Below, piece after piece: positions 50,501 through 61,924 of a stretch of DNA of 64,000 bases. Source of the stretch: Penicillus capitatus (lineage: Eukaryota; Plantae; Chlorophyta); the NCBI GenBank assembly GCA_965649825.1, contig OZ287698.1:759949-823948 (forward strand), written 5' to 3'. The notes under the pieces are model-generated. The model did no database searches. It saw nothing but the letters and a program-made list of their open reading frames with translations, and was not told the origin of the DNA. How positions within the stretch are numbered: position 1 is the first letter of the stretch; every line of letters starts with the position of its first letter. The translations under genes and the position numbers were made by a program.

Positions 50501-53500
50501 ATGGCGCGGCGCTCTCCGTTGTGTCTGCTACTCGTTATCTGCATCTTCTTGCGCCAAGCCTCCTGTCAAAGTATGTATCCATCAACAGTGAAGTTTGTTG
50601 GGTGCAGTGACGCGTCACAGATGTTTGCGATTTATTCGTCCAGAATAATATTCTGACCGTCGACTCGCAGACGGTGGACGACATCGACGCAACGGATTCG
50701 TCATTTCAAGACGTGGTCGAGTGCTTAAGCGCGGGCGCCATTATTCGATTCGCCACAGAGAGATTTTCGGTCGGTGAAACGATAAGAATCGATAAGGACA
50801 TCTCGATTACATCGACCCATCGCAAAAGGACCTCCATAGCCTGCAACGAACAACCCGTTTTCGACATCAGGTCAACCCCTAGCCTGATACGCAGGGTAAT
50901 AATATCGTGTGTATGTAGGGGGAGAGCAACAGTTGATATCTCAGGGATTCGTATCAGAAAATGCGAACTGCAAAGCGCCGACGCTCCAATCATCATCGGT
51001 TCGGGATCGACTGTCAATCTTCGATCTATAGAGTTCTTTCGGAATACAAACGACGAAGGAACCAGTGGCATTCGGGCTCTGGACGAATCAAGCATCACTA
51101 TTGAAGATTGTGAGTTCCTGGAGAATCAGGGAGCATCGGGGACAGTAGTCCTCGAGAATGCAAGTAGCCTCACTGTTTCTGGATCAAATTTCACGGGCAA
51201 CAAAGCGACAAGCACGGAAAATGGGGGTGGCGTCTTCTCTATTCAGGTGTGTTCGTGCACGATGCCGGCTCTGTTGTGGATGTGTGACGTGCATGTAGAG
51301 TGAGGGGGTGTCGACGACAGTCGTTGTTAAGAATGCGAGCACATTCATCAGGAACGAGGCTGTCGGAGGAGACGGGGGCGTTTTTTATGTTTCTGGGGAT
51401 GATGGCATTGCTTTCACCATCGAAGACACTGTCTTCAGAAAGAACATGGCAGGAAGGCGCGGAGGCGCCGTTTTCATATCCGCAGGCGGCGATCTGATCG
51501 TCAGGGATGCATTCTTCGTCGAGAACGAATCGAATCGTATTGGTGGCGGCGCTATCTTTGCAAAGGTCCGTTCCCTCCATCACCTCATCCCTATTCAATA
51601 GAGCGTATTCGGATGGCAGGATGCAGAAGGGAATGAGACGCTAGACATCAAGATTTCAAGCACGATTTTTGCCCAGAACGAGGCCAAAGGTTACCTTGGC
51701 TCCGGTGGTGGCATACGCCTTCAAGGGAAAAACGTCGACTGCGCAATCACCGATTCCGTCTCTTTTGCCCTCAACACAGCGGATCTCGACGGTGGAGGCA
51801 TGCATATCTCCAATCAAGCAACAGCAGACATCAATGGTTCTTCGTTCGTCGGCAACGAAGCTTTCAACGGCGGCGGTGCTGCCCTGTTCGTTCTGGTGGG
51901 GTACTTTCTCTCAAGGAGTGTTTCATTGAGACCTTGCTGATGATGTGACAGTCATTACAACAGAACCGGGCGCTTACCATGGATGTCGTTATCACGAATA
52001 CGGCATTTCTGTTCAACCGAGCGTTGTATAGTGACCGAGGAGGGGGATGCATTGGTGTTGCTGGTTTTGGATCAAATGTGACAATTACTGACTGCATTCT
52101 CAGTGACAACGATGGTGGGAGGGGATCTGGAGGAGCAATCTATGTCTTTGGCGGACCCGTCGTCAAAATCAAGGGATCCGCGTTCGAGAGGAACAAAGCC
52201 GAATGGGGAGGGGCGTTGTATGCTGAGGTAGACAACTGCACATCCACCGTCTCATTGATTTGCATGTGCTCTAGAACGATGCCCTGTACGAAATAGAATC
52301 GTCTGATTTCATAGAGAATTCGGCAGGAGAAGGAGGTGCCATGCACGTCCGAGGCGACGTGGATATCACCATGGACGGCTGCAGATTCGAAAGCAACAAG
52401 GCAATAACAGAAGGAGGCGCCATCAAAGTTCGAAACTTCATCTCAGCTGGAGACGAACTGGCGCGATTCCGAATGACGAACAGCATTGTCGTGGAGAACG
52501 GAGCTGGCACCAACTTGTTCGAAGACAGACTTTATGGAACGGAGACAGAGGGAGGGGCAATCTTGGCAGAAGGTAGTGGGATCGAACTGGAGTTGGAGAA
52601 CAACACGTTCAAGCGGAATCTGGCCTCGAATGGAGGCGCTCTAAGCATCTATGCCGTTGCCGACTGCGATATTGGCGATGGCAACAAGTAAGCGTGGACT
52701 GGGATGATGACAGATGCTGAGAGATGCTGCAGGTTTGTGGACAACAAGGCAACCTTCGGCGCCGCCATTTTCTTGGTTGTCGACGAACAAGTCGATCCTA
52801 TCAGGCGGAATGAGTACCGCGTTGCTGGTACCGTTTTCCGAAATAACAACGTTGAGTTCGAAGGCGGGAGCATCTATGTCTCAAGCACTCGGACAGAATC
52901 CAATTCAGTATCATTGAATGCACGCAGTTTCCTTCTGCTCGTAGAGGGTAGTAATTTCACGAACAACACGTAAGCCATCCATTCATGCCGCTGCTTCTAC
53001 CGAATACCGATCATGACAGGGCAAGACATGGTGGTGGTGCGTTGTCGATGGTCGGCTCAGCCGCCAAAGTCCACGGCTGCACATTCGAGTCAAACATAGC
53101 AGTGGCAAATTCAACCAGCCAGGCAACTCCGTTTCTTGGCTACGGTGGAGCCATAAACATCCAGACGGGTTCCTCAGTGGAGTGCAAGGGCTCACAGTTT
53201 CTCTCGAACAGAGCAGACGTCGGCGGGGCAGTGCTCGTCCGAGATGGTTCGTTCGAAGGAGAGGCCGTGAACTTCACCAGGAACTCCGTTCAACCCAGAG
53301 GCGTTGGCGGCGCTGTGGCAGTAGAAATCTCCAGAGGAAAAGACATCCCAGTTCTCAACAGCGCCAATCGAATACGCAACATCGTCTTCCAGTGTCAATT
53401 CTGCAATTTTAATAAGAATAACGGTTCACTTGCCGGAGGTCTGTTCGATCACACTTCCATCGATGTCTGACGATGGCTGTTTGGACATCTAGGTGCAATG

Positions 53501-56500
53501 CATGTCCATGATATGGATCCTGGTGGAACTTACGGAGAGGACAACGAGTTGAAGATTGATGGATGTACATTTGACAATCAGAATACATTCCGGACTCCAG
53601 AGAACGAGCTGACCTGTCCTACTTACTTCCGTTTTTTGAGTAGAGTGAATGCTCGGTCCGTTCGCTTCAAAAACACGACCTTCACTGCAAACAGAGCACG
53701 AGCAGGCGGCGCCATCTTCACAAATAACTTCACGATGATCAGCATTCTTCCAGACCTGCAAGACAATCCAAACGAAGACATAGACAACTCGCTGGGATAT
53801 GCCTTGACAAAAAATACATCTCAGCTCGGAAACTCATCTGTGTTTTTCGAGAAGAATGTCGCCGTCAATAATGGATTTGGCAATGACGCTGCATCAACGC
53901 CAGTCACAGCATTCCTTTTCAATTTGGATGATGAAGCGCACCAGAGAACTGAAGGCTTCACAAACAGCTCCTTTCTCAGTGGCGACCGGCTTCGTTTCAA
54001 CATCGAATTCAAAGATGGGATCGAACAGAATGTGACCTTTGCCGACAATCTCACAGCATACATCAGCTGCGACGATCGATTCACGAGTAAACAGTCAGAC
54101 TGTGCGCAGCTGGAGATCTCCGGACAAGAGACTGCTCAGGCAAATGAAGATGGAACGATGAACTTCACTGCTGTTCGACTCCGAGGTTTGAGGGATCACA
54201 ACTACACACTACGCATCGATTATCGCTCGACGTCTGAATTGCAGACACTGGACGTCACTCCATCTTTCATCAATGTGACGATGAGGCCGTGCAAGATCGG
54301 CGAGAGGACAGTTAGTAAAGAGGGCGATTACCTGGAGTGTCAGGCGTGCGGTCAGGGCGAATTTCAGCCATTTCCTTGGAAAGAAGATTGCGTGGCATGC
54401 AATGAATCTGACAAGCACACAGTGTGCAATGGCGAAACAGTCATGCCACGAAATGGATATTGGATACCCACTTCCTTCTCGTTCGAAGCCTATGAGTGCA
54501 TTGGGCACGATGCCTGTAAATCCGTCGGCAGTAACAACCTGACACGCGTGCAGAGGTTAAGAACAAAAGCAAACAAGATGCACGAAAGCAATGATTCCTT
54601 GGTGTTCCATTCAGATGACGACGACTTGCAGTGCACAGAGGTAAGTAAAGTCACGACCTGTCTCCTGAACGACAGCATTTTTGCCATGCAGGGATATCAA
54701 GGTGTTCTCTGTGGCAGATGCGTGAACGGATATGGAAGAGAAGGAAACCTCTGCCGAAAGTGTGCCTCTCCTGCATTACGTGCCTTTTTACTCGCCATGC
54801 TCATCTTGTGGTCCTTCTTGTTCCTCACATACTTCATACGATCCGTCTTGCAATTGGCTGTCCGCATCGAGTTCAACAAGATGTTCAACCAGCGTCGAAC
54901 TGGAAGTAGGCGTGTGCCTGTTGAAACGCTCCCGACCCAGTCTGGTCCAGCACTAGAAGGCCCCAGTGGAGATTTGAACACGCACCTCGAGATGATAGAT
55001 ATGTCTACGCTATCCACTCCTGTAATTTCTAGTTCATCAGCAGATGACGAGCGGAGCCATGAGCTGGGCGAGATACAAGAGGCACCTGAACCAGCGACAG
55101 TTGTGAGAGTGGAACCCAACAAGATCATCATGGAGAGACTGAAGAGTCTGAGACCGGCAGCTTCCACGAAGCAACTCTGGCAAACTGCTACGGCAGCCAT
55201 GAACAAGGGGAGAATTCGAAACAGGGGTCGACTGATCAAAGCACTCCAAGTGCTCATGAATCCCAATGCACCTGTGGGAGACGTCGAGCCTCTGACTCTG
55301 GCAAACCCAGTGTCCGAAATCCTCAAAGTATGGCAACCTCTCTTCCCTCTTCCTTTGGTTAACTGTTGCTGTGTGTTCGATGTAGATTCTCGTCAACTTC
55401 CTTCAGGTGACATCAGTCGCGGTCTCCATCAATGTCGACTGGGAGAAGTCTCTGAGAAGAACACTGTTTACAATGGGTAAGCAATTGTGCATACAGCCGA
55501 AAGCACATCTCCTGCAATCTCTTGTCTACCAGGCGCACTTGGCAATCTCTCCTCCGGCACTGGGTACCTGTCGCTCGATTGCTATCTGAATACGAATGGC
55601 GTGCCAAAATCCCTTCGCAGACTGACCATCTCCATCCTCTACCCCCTCATCATGCTTATCGTCTATGTGGTCCTGTGGGGATGCTACTCCTTCATCCGAC
55701 GAATGTCTAAACAGTGAGTGCTTGGTGCCCATCCCGTCCTCTCGATCTCGCTCTTCTGATCTTAGGTACCTCAGTCAGCGGATCCTGTTGACCTTCTTGG
55801 CGATCAACTATTTCTTCTACATCGGCATGACGAAGAGCCTGCTGCGATTCTTCGCCTGCACTCGGGTCTCGGATGACAGAGAGGACAGCGACTGGAGTCG
55901 ATATGTCTGGGAAGAGGATACAGAGGTTGAGTGCTACGAAGGCAAACACGCTTTGCTTGTTGGCCTGCTCGTCGTTCCCCTTCTCCTTGCCGTCTCTTTC
56001 GGATATCCAGCTGGTGTCTTTATCATCTTGTGGCGCAGCAAAGATCGCCTGAACGACGAAGACTTCGTGGAGACATATGGGTTTCTCTACAGAGCATATG
56101 ACAGACATTACTGGGAAGTCATCGTCATGATGCGGAAAGCGGCAGTCGCTACCATTGCTGTATTTGCATACAGTCTGGGATCCAATCTACAAGGTCTGTT
56201 GTGTGTCCTGGTGATCATCGTCGCTCTTTCGGTGCACTTGGCGTTGCAACCCTTCACTCAGGAAATCCCGCAACTCAATCACCTGGAGACGTGTTCACTC
56301 TCTGCCACAATTGTTGTCTTTGTGACTGGCCTCATGATGAATGATGACAAGGTTGAGGACCGAAACAGAGCTGTCCTCAGTGCACTTGCCATTCTCTTTG
56401 TCTGCTTTACAGTTCTCATCATTCTGGTGCAGCTGGTGTTTGTAACAGAAGAGTTTATCGACATGAAACTGATTGAAGTAAAAGCCATGGAGATTCAGGA

Positions 56501-56672
56501 AGTGATCGATGCTCGCCTGTCTAAGAAAGTCGAAGTCCTGTCGCATCATTACTGGAAAATTGCTCTCACCGCCGCACACACTGTCGCTGTTTTGTCAGCA
56601 AAGAGAGTGTGCGTCTGCCGGAAAAAACCGCAGACGGAAGCGGGTAACGCCACTCCTCTTAGGCAACTTTAG
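50501..56672 (+). CDS. Large surface/membrane protein, copy 3 (diverged, mosaic paralogue)
   Basis: Same exon-intron layout and motifs. Near-identical to copies 1/2 up to ~54.2 kb, then clearly diverged. Different C-terminus (...KKPQTEAGNATPLRQL, TAG at 56670-56672). Confidence 0.85.
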
Positions 56673-57118
56673 CATCTCATTTCTTGGATGACACCATCGA
56701 CGTCTTTGGCAAGCTACGTGTGCCAGCCATGCTCTGGTAGTGCAACGTAGAGACATTTTCACAAATGATTCTGTTACTCAGATGAATTCTATGCGGTGTT
56801 CTGTTCGTTGAGGGGTGATTGTGATGACATGCAGAAGCAATTGTGTTCTGATGTTGGATAACGTTTTTCAGTGAGGAGGATTAGAGAGTGCGTGTTTATT
56901 CCTGTGTGCATCGCAACACCACAGCATGCCACACAGCAATGTCATTTCTTTCTTTCGATCTCTGATTTTATTTCGGTGGACACATCACATCGCGTGTCTA
57001 GTGTCATCTTGTAACAGTGCGTTATTTCTTAAATGCCATGCATCTCATCGGTATTGACATGAGAGAGCTGCTGTTCTTGCATGCAAGGTCGTGAAGATAG
57101 CATTGGTTGGAAGAACGC

Positions 57119-60100
57119 TTAAAAATCGCTAAAACTCATTAATGAATCGTACTCCTTGGCTTTAGATCGGCCCTTGCGTCCACCCCGACCCCGACCCCGA
57201 CCTCTTCTTCTTTGGCCACCTCTCGCGATCACGGTGCGTCCATGACGAACTTGGCAAAGGGAGAGCATTTCCTCATGACACATGAGGCAGCATACCAATA
57301 TCGATGTGCCATCATGCAAAGGTGACGATCCCTTTTTCCACTCCATTTCCAAAAGAGAAGACTGACAGTCCTGTACAGCGATGCTATGGACAGCAGAGAC
57401 GACGGAGGTTACCATACTTGGCACTTGGCTTTTTGAACTTTGACAGAGTAGAGATTAGGCGGGAAGTAGATCAGAAAAAGACACCTAGAATGGACTGTCT
57501 CCTTGAGAAGAGATATGGATGAGATGTCCAATCCACCTGTTGCAATCAATTCTCCAGTTGGGCGAGCTGACAGGATCCAGAACCAACGTCCCATCATCGC
57601 AATTCGGACACGCGCTGATACCTGAAGAGGGCCATCAGGGAAACGCATATCCATGCAGTTGACCTTGATTGAAGGCACTCTGAGGACAGGATGGATGCAA
57701 ACAGGTTGTGCATGGCATTCCTGGTTTGCCCAAATGCTCCCCTACCTGAAACAGACCCATCATCCAATCGCTCTTCCCCAAAGGGCAACACACCTTAAGG
57801 GCGTCTTCAAATGGAGGATTGGAGAAACAGTAGGGACAGAGTGGAAAGGTCTTGCCATCAGATCCGCCCAGAGAGAAGAGGACCAACTCAAAACCATCTA
57901 ATGGACATTCCTGCTCGCACACACACTGTATCAGATTTCCTTCATTCTCAAGAGATCCTCACAATGCTCTTGTACTGTTTAATGGTTCCTCCCTGAGGCA
58001 ACCGATAGAGATCTTCACAAACGGGGCAGTACAGTCGACTGGGACGCGATTGAATGTACTTCATGTAGCGTTTGCACTTTCCGCATTTGCCAAAGAGCTT
58101 GCCTGCCATCCAAGATGTTGTCCAGAGATGGCAGTCTGTCTAAACAGTGGACCACCTGAAGCAGAGAGCGGCGAGAAGCTGGCCTCGAAGAGGGAATCCA
58201 TTCGCGAGATGTGCTGCACAAAGAACTTGAACTTTTGCAGAAACTGATTGAGAACATGCCGAACGATGGCAGATTTCTCTGCCCTGCCTCTGGCCACCAA
58301 ATCAATCTGTTTCTCGACATATGCACGAACCTACACTCTCAGAATGACACCACCAGGCAAAGCCCCCTGCCGTTGCACACCTGAGGCCGACAGAGTTCAG
58401 GATCGATCGCCTGGTATCCCTTTATTAAAGTGATACCCAATTCTGTGGGCACCACTTTTCTGCCGGCTTCAATTCTGACGTAGTTTCGCTCGCAGATATT
58501 GTTGATATGGACAGAGATGGATGCATCTGTGCCAATGTTGTGTCGCTCCATACACGAAATCAAATCCGATTCAGAGAGATGCCCAGGAGGCGAGGTGCGT
58601 CCTTGACAAAGCTCCACATCTTTAATGGGAACGACCTCATCCTTCTGAAAGACTGGCATACGATCTCCCTCCATCCTCTGTATCTCGAAGAGGTCATAGC
58701 AGTGGATGGCTTGAAGGTGATGGTGACCTTCCATGGCATGATGGTTGTAAACCCTTCTCTCTGTAACTGAAGGCCTGACGCCTTGAATCTCTCGCCGCCG
58801 CAACTGCCAGTGATTTCGGTTCGCTGGTAGATGGCATTGGCGGATAAAGAGGCCAGGAAATGTCGAGAGATGTATTCATAGAGTCGCCAGGAATCGCCAT
58901 CCAGATCCGTTTGTGTGGCACACTCGACTGGACTGATCGGTGGATGATCTCCAGCGTCAGTGCCGCCCTCAGGCACCGAAAACCCTTGTTGCAGCAGATC
59001 TTGTGCATATCTGCCCCAAATGGCATGACTCTGATGGGTTCGCAGGACAACACGGAAGTCATAGTTGGGTGGATAACCACTGGATTCCGTTCTTGGATAA
59101 CTGATGTAGCCTTGAGTATACAACCGCTCTGCAATCTGTAGCATGACAAACAGTAAAGAGTGAGAAGACGAGCTTCCAACCTGCATTGTGTGATGTGGTC
59201 CCATATTAAGCGCAGAAGATGCCACTTTGAGCATTTCGACAGTATTGAGTCCATGTGGCCGTCTTCGATGCTCCGTGCTCTCTTTGACAGACATCACAGT
59301 GAGATGCTTCGACTGGCGTACCTAGAGCAGGAGATCCTCGACTCTGATGGACAGGAGAAGGACGCAACGGTCGACTGAAAGTAGGCAGCGACGTTCTGAT
59401 CGAAAATGCGACCGCGTTCCCAGCTGAAGCACACTTCGATGCCTCCTTTGTTCAAGGACAGGGACAATGTCCAAAAGGCTTCTGGTTGGAATTCATTGAT
59501 GGCTTGTGCTCTGTGCCAGGCGAGTCAAGCGAAAGCACATGATGGGGGAGAAGTGTACCGTTCGACGCAGAAATTGAGGGTGGGTATTTGGCACGGACCG
59601 TAAGAGACAAGCGTCGCATCCAGATTCCCATATCTTCCCTGGAAATATCTTGTCTGAAAACGCGTAAATGCCACGCCGACCTGCACAAGCAGATGATGAT
59701 CTCCCGAGAAACAGATCGTCAGATTTTGCCTTGAGGTCCAGTTCTTGACGCGCATCCACCGCGAGCGATTCCATTTCATTTGGCAGCCCCAAGTTGCGCT
59801 AAGCTATGTGAAAAGAGAGGGGAAAGTATAGGCGTAGCATCAAACCATGGCGTGTTTAATCTCCGGTTCGCTGATGGCCGAGAATTTCGCTCGGAAAATC
59901 TGCTGACCGTTCACTTTGTGCATCGACGGCAGCACCTGATCGATCACTTCGAAACAGATGTTCTCTCCCTCTCTGTCACAATCAAGCCACAGAACGAGAT
60001 AGTCACATCCCTTTGCTTCGTTACTCAGATGCTGCACCACGCGTGCCTGATGGAAGACACAGTCAGGAGAGTTGCCTCCGCGATCGAAATTGGCATGCTT

Positions 60101-60444
60101 TGGGATTGGCCTCTTTCTTAACCGTCGGTGCATCGAAGAGTGATGCAGGATCTGTTCTGTCCCAGTTTTGGAAGGAGGTTGGAAAATCAAGCGACATCAC
60201 ATGGCCCACCACAGATGTCACTTTGAAGAGAGCATTATCGAAGTGCAGAAAACGTCCAGTGTACTCATGGACTTCCAAGACGTGACGGGCGCTCTGAGCC
60301 TGAACAGCGTCGTCGTCGAATCATTGGAATGTTCAATGGACGATGTTATGCTTGGCGATGGGAGAGAATGCTGGCAATGGATTTCGCCAAGCTCGGTTTC
60401 TCGGCCACCATAAGAACTCGCGTTCGATGGCGTTGCGATGACAT
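57119..60444 (-). CDS. TOP3B: DNA topoisomerase III beta (multi-exon)
   Basis: N-terminal VLMVAEKPS, TOPRIM LDCDREGENI, catalytic GYISYPRTES, GTDASI, VPTELG, C-terminal Cys4 zinc ribbons (CPLDGFEL, CPYC) and an RGG-rich tail. The zinc ribbons plus RGG tail point to the beta rather than the alpha paralogue. Confidence 0.93.
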
Positions 60445-61924
60445 GGCTCAGAGACGCAGCTGAACCGACAGTGTTCGACGATACGGATGAATGTCACGTC
60501 ACGGCGCAGACGACGTCGCAAGACAGGACGCGCTTATTCGACAAGGCAGCGCGATCTCTATACAGCCCTATCAACGTGTCGACCGTCGGCGATTTCCGAA
60601 GTCAAAGAACGGTCGGTGCGATCGACTGAAGTGCCGTCTGCCAAAACGTCATGCGATAATCCAGAGAACAGAAAAGGTAGAAGGGCAGCATTCAGAAGCC
60701 GATCGTCACAGTGACGAGAGTGTGGCTGTTGAGATGGACTCTTGGGAATCAAATATTGGCGTAGTGCTTTCAGTAGCTTTCTATATGACCTGTGGCTGCA
60801 AGAACAGAATTTGGAGTCGAGGGTAGAGAATGGCTATGTGGCTGTTTCATGTATCGTTTCGCTAGACGGCGACGATGCATTCAGTCGAGTGCCATGCCTA
60901 AGCTCAGTGTACCTTACCTCGAAAACCCAATCGCCAGGGCCTCTTGTTGATCCATCCATTCAGACGACTGTCACAAAGCTAGTCATTGTTACGTTCTGCT
61001 TGAGCAGCGCAGTTTTCAGTAGACGACGCCGATCATCGGCTGTTTCGACGAGCGTTAAAAAAAGCGGCAGCGCAATACGAATGCGAGTGCGTGTATTGGC
61101 AGTCCACATGCGACGCAATTCCGTTTATACAGACGTACCGAGACGAGCCACGAATGGATGCATCCGGATGGAACCATCCAGCGTTACCCGTGATGAAGGA
61201 TTCCGCAAACCATGGTTCGCGTAGCTACGCTTTTCTGCATTGGAGACTGTTGCCAATGACAGGAGAATCGCAAGAAATGCGCAAGAATTGTCAGATGGTG
61301 CGCGATAAATGTCGGATATGAGAAGTTTTCCAAAATCGATCGATCGATGTCCTTCGAAACGCCAAAATCGATCGATCGACGCTTCTTTAGACGTCTCTTT
61401 TCGTCATCGAATCGACTGCAGCTACAGACAACGCGTCGATTATCTAAAAGCGATCGGCGATTGCTCCACAGCAAAGCAAGACGGCGATGTTGGATCTGTA
61501 GGACTGGAAACCGGAATGGACGTCGAAGGTACCAGCAATCATCTGTCATTGTCAATGCATATGTGCTAAGGACTCAATGTGTTCGAAGGATCTGGATTGG
61601 CTGATATCGATGATGTGAAGAAACCCCATCGTCTGTATTCAAGCATCAAGGAGTTTATACAACGAAGATTCTCTTGAAATGTGTGTGTCCCGGATAGGAC
61701 TCTTGCTGAAGGTCTCTAAATCGTTATCGGATCTTGAAACAGGCGACCACGGTTGCTCCTCAATTCGATCGCGCGATGAGTGTAGAAAGCCATGCCATCG
61801 AGCTTGCGTCTCGGAAGGGCTGATGAGGACTTCGTTTTTCGCACGCTCGTCTTTCGACAAGGTAGAGGAGCGCTTCTCGCGCGTTGGTCATATCATTCAC
61901 GCGACGATCGATCGGAAGGTCGAT

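Larger units (their letters stand above)
4043..54220. repeat. Tandem segmental duplication, period 22,052 bp, about 2.3 units
   Basis: Homologous ORFs recur at a constant offset: 4206/26258/48310, 6570/28622/50674, 9394/31446/53498, 16559/38611, 17914/39966. Similarity to the third copy drops after ~54.2 kb. Left of 4043 similarity continues into a more diverged Gypsy copy. Confidence 0.97.

Noticed and set aside
53498-55480. 660-aa ORF suggesting intron loss or exonisation in copy 3
   Set aside because: Two 51-nt, stop-free GT-AG segments (54641-54691, 54906-54956) lie exactly where copies 1/2 have introns. They are most likely ordinary introns whose length is a multiple of three.
60500-61640. 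Several 60-160-aa ORFs between TOP3B and FMO
   Set aside because: No recognisable motifs and overlapping frames on both strands. A small gene cannot be excluded without RNA-seq.
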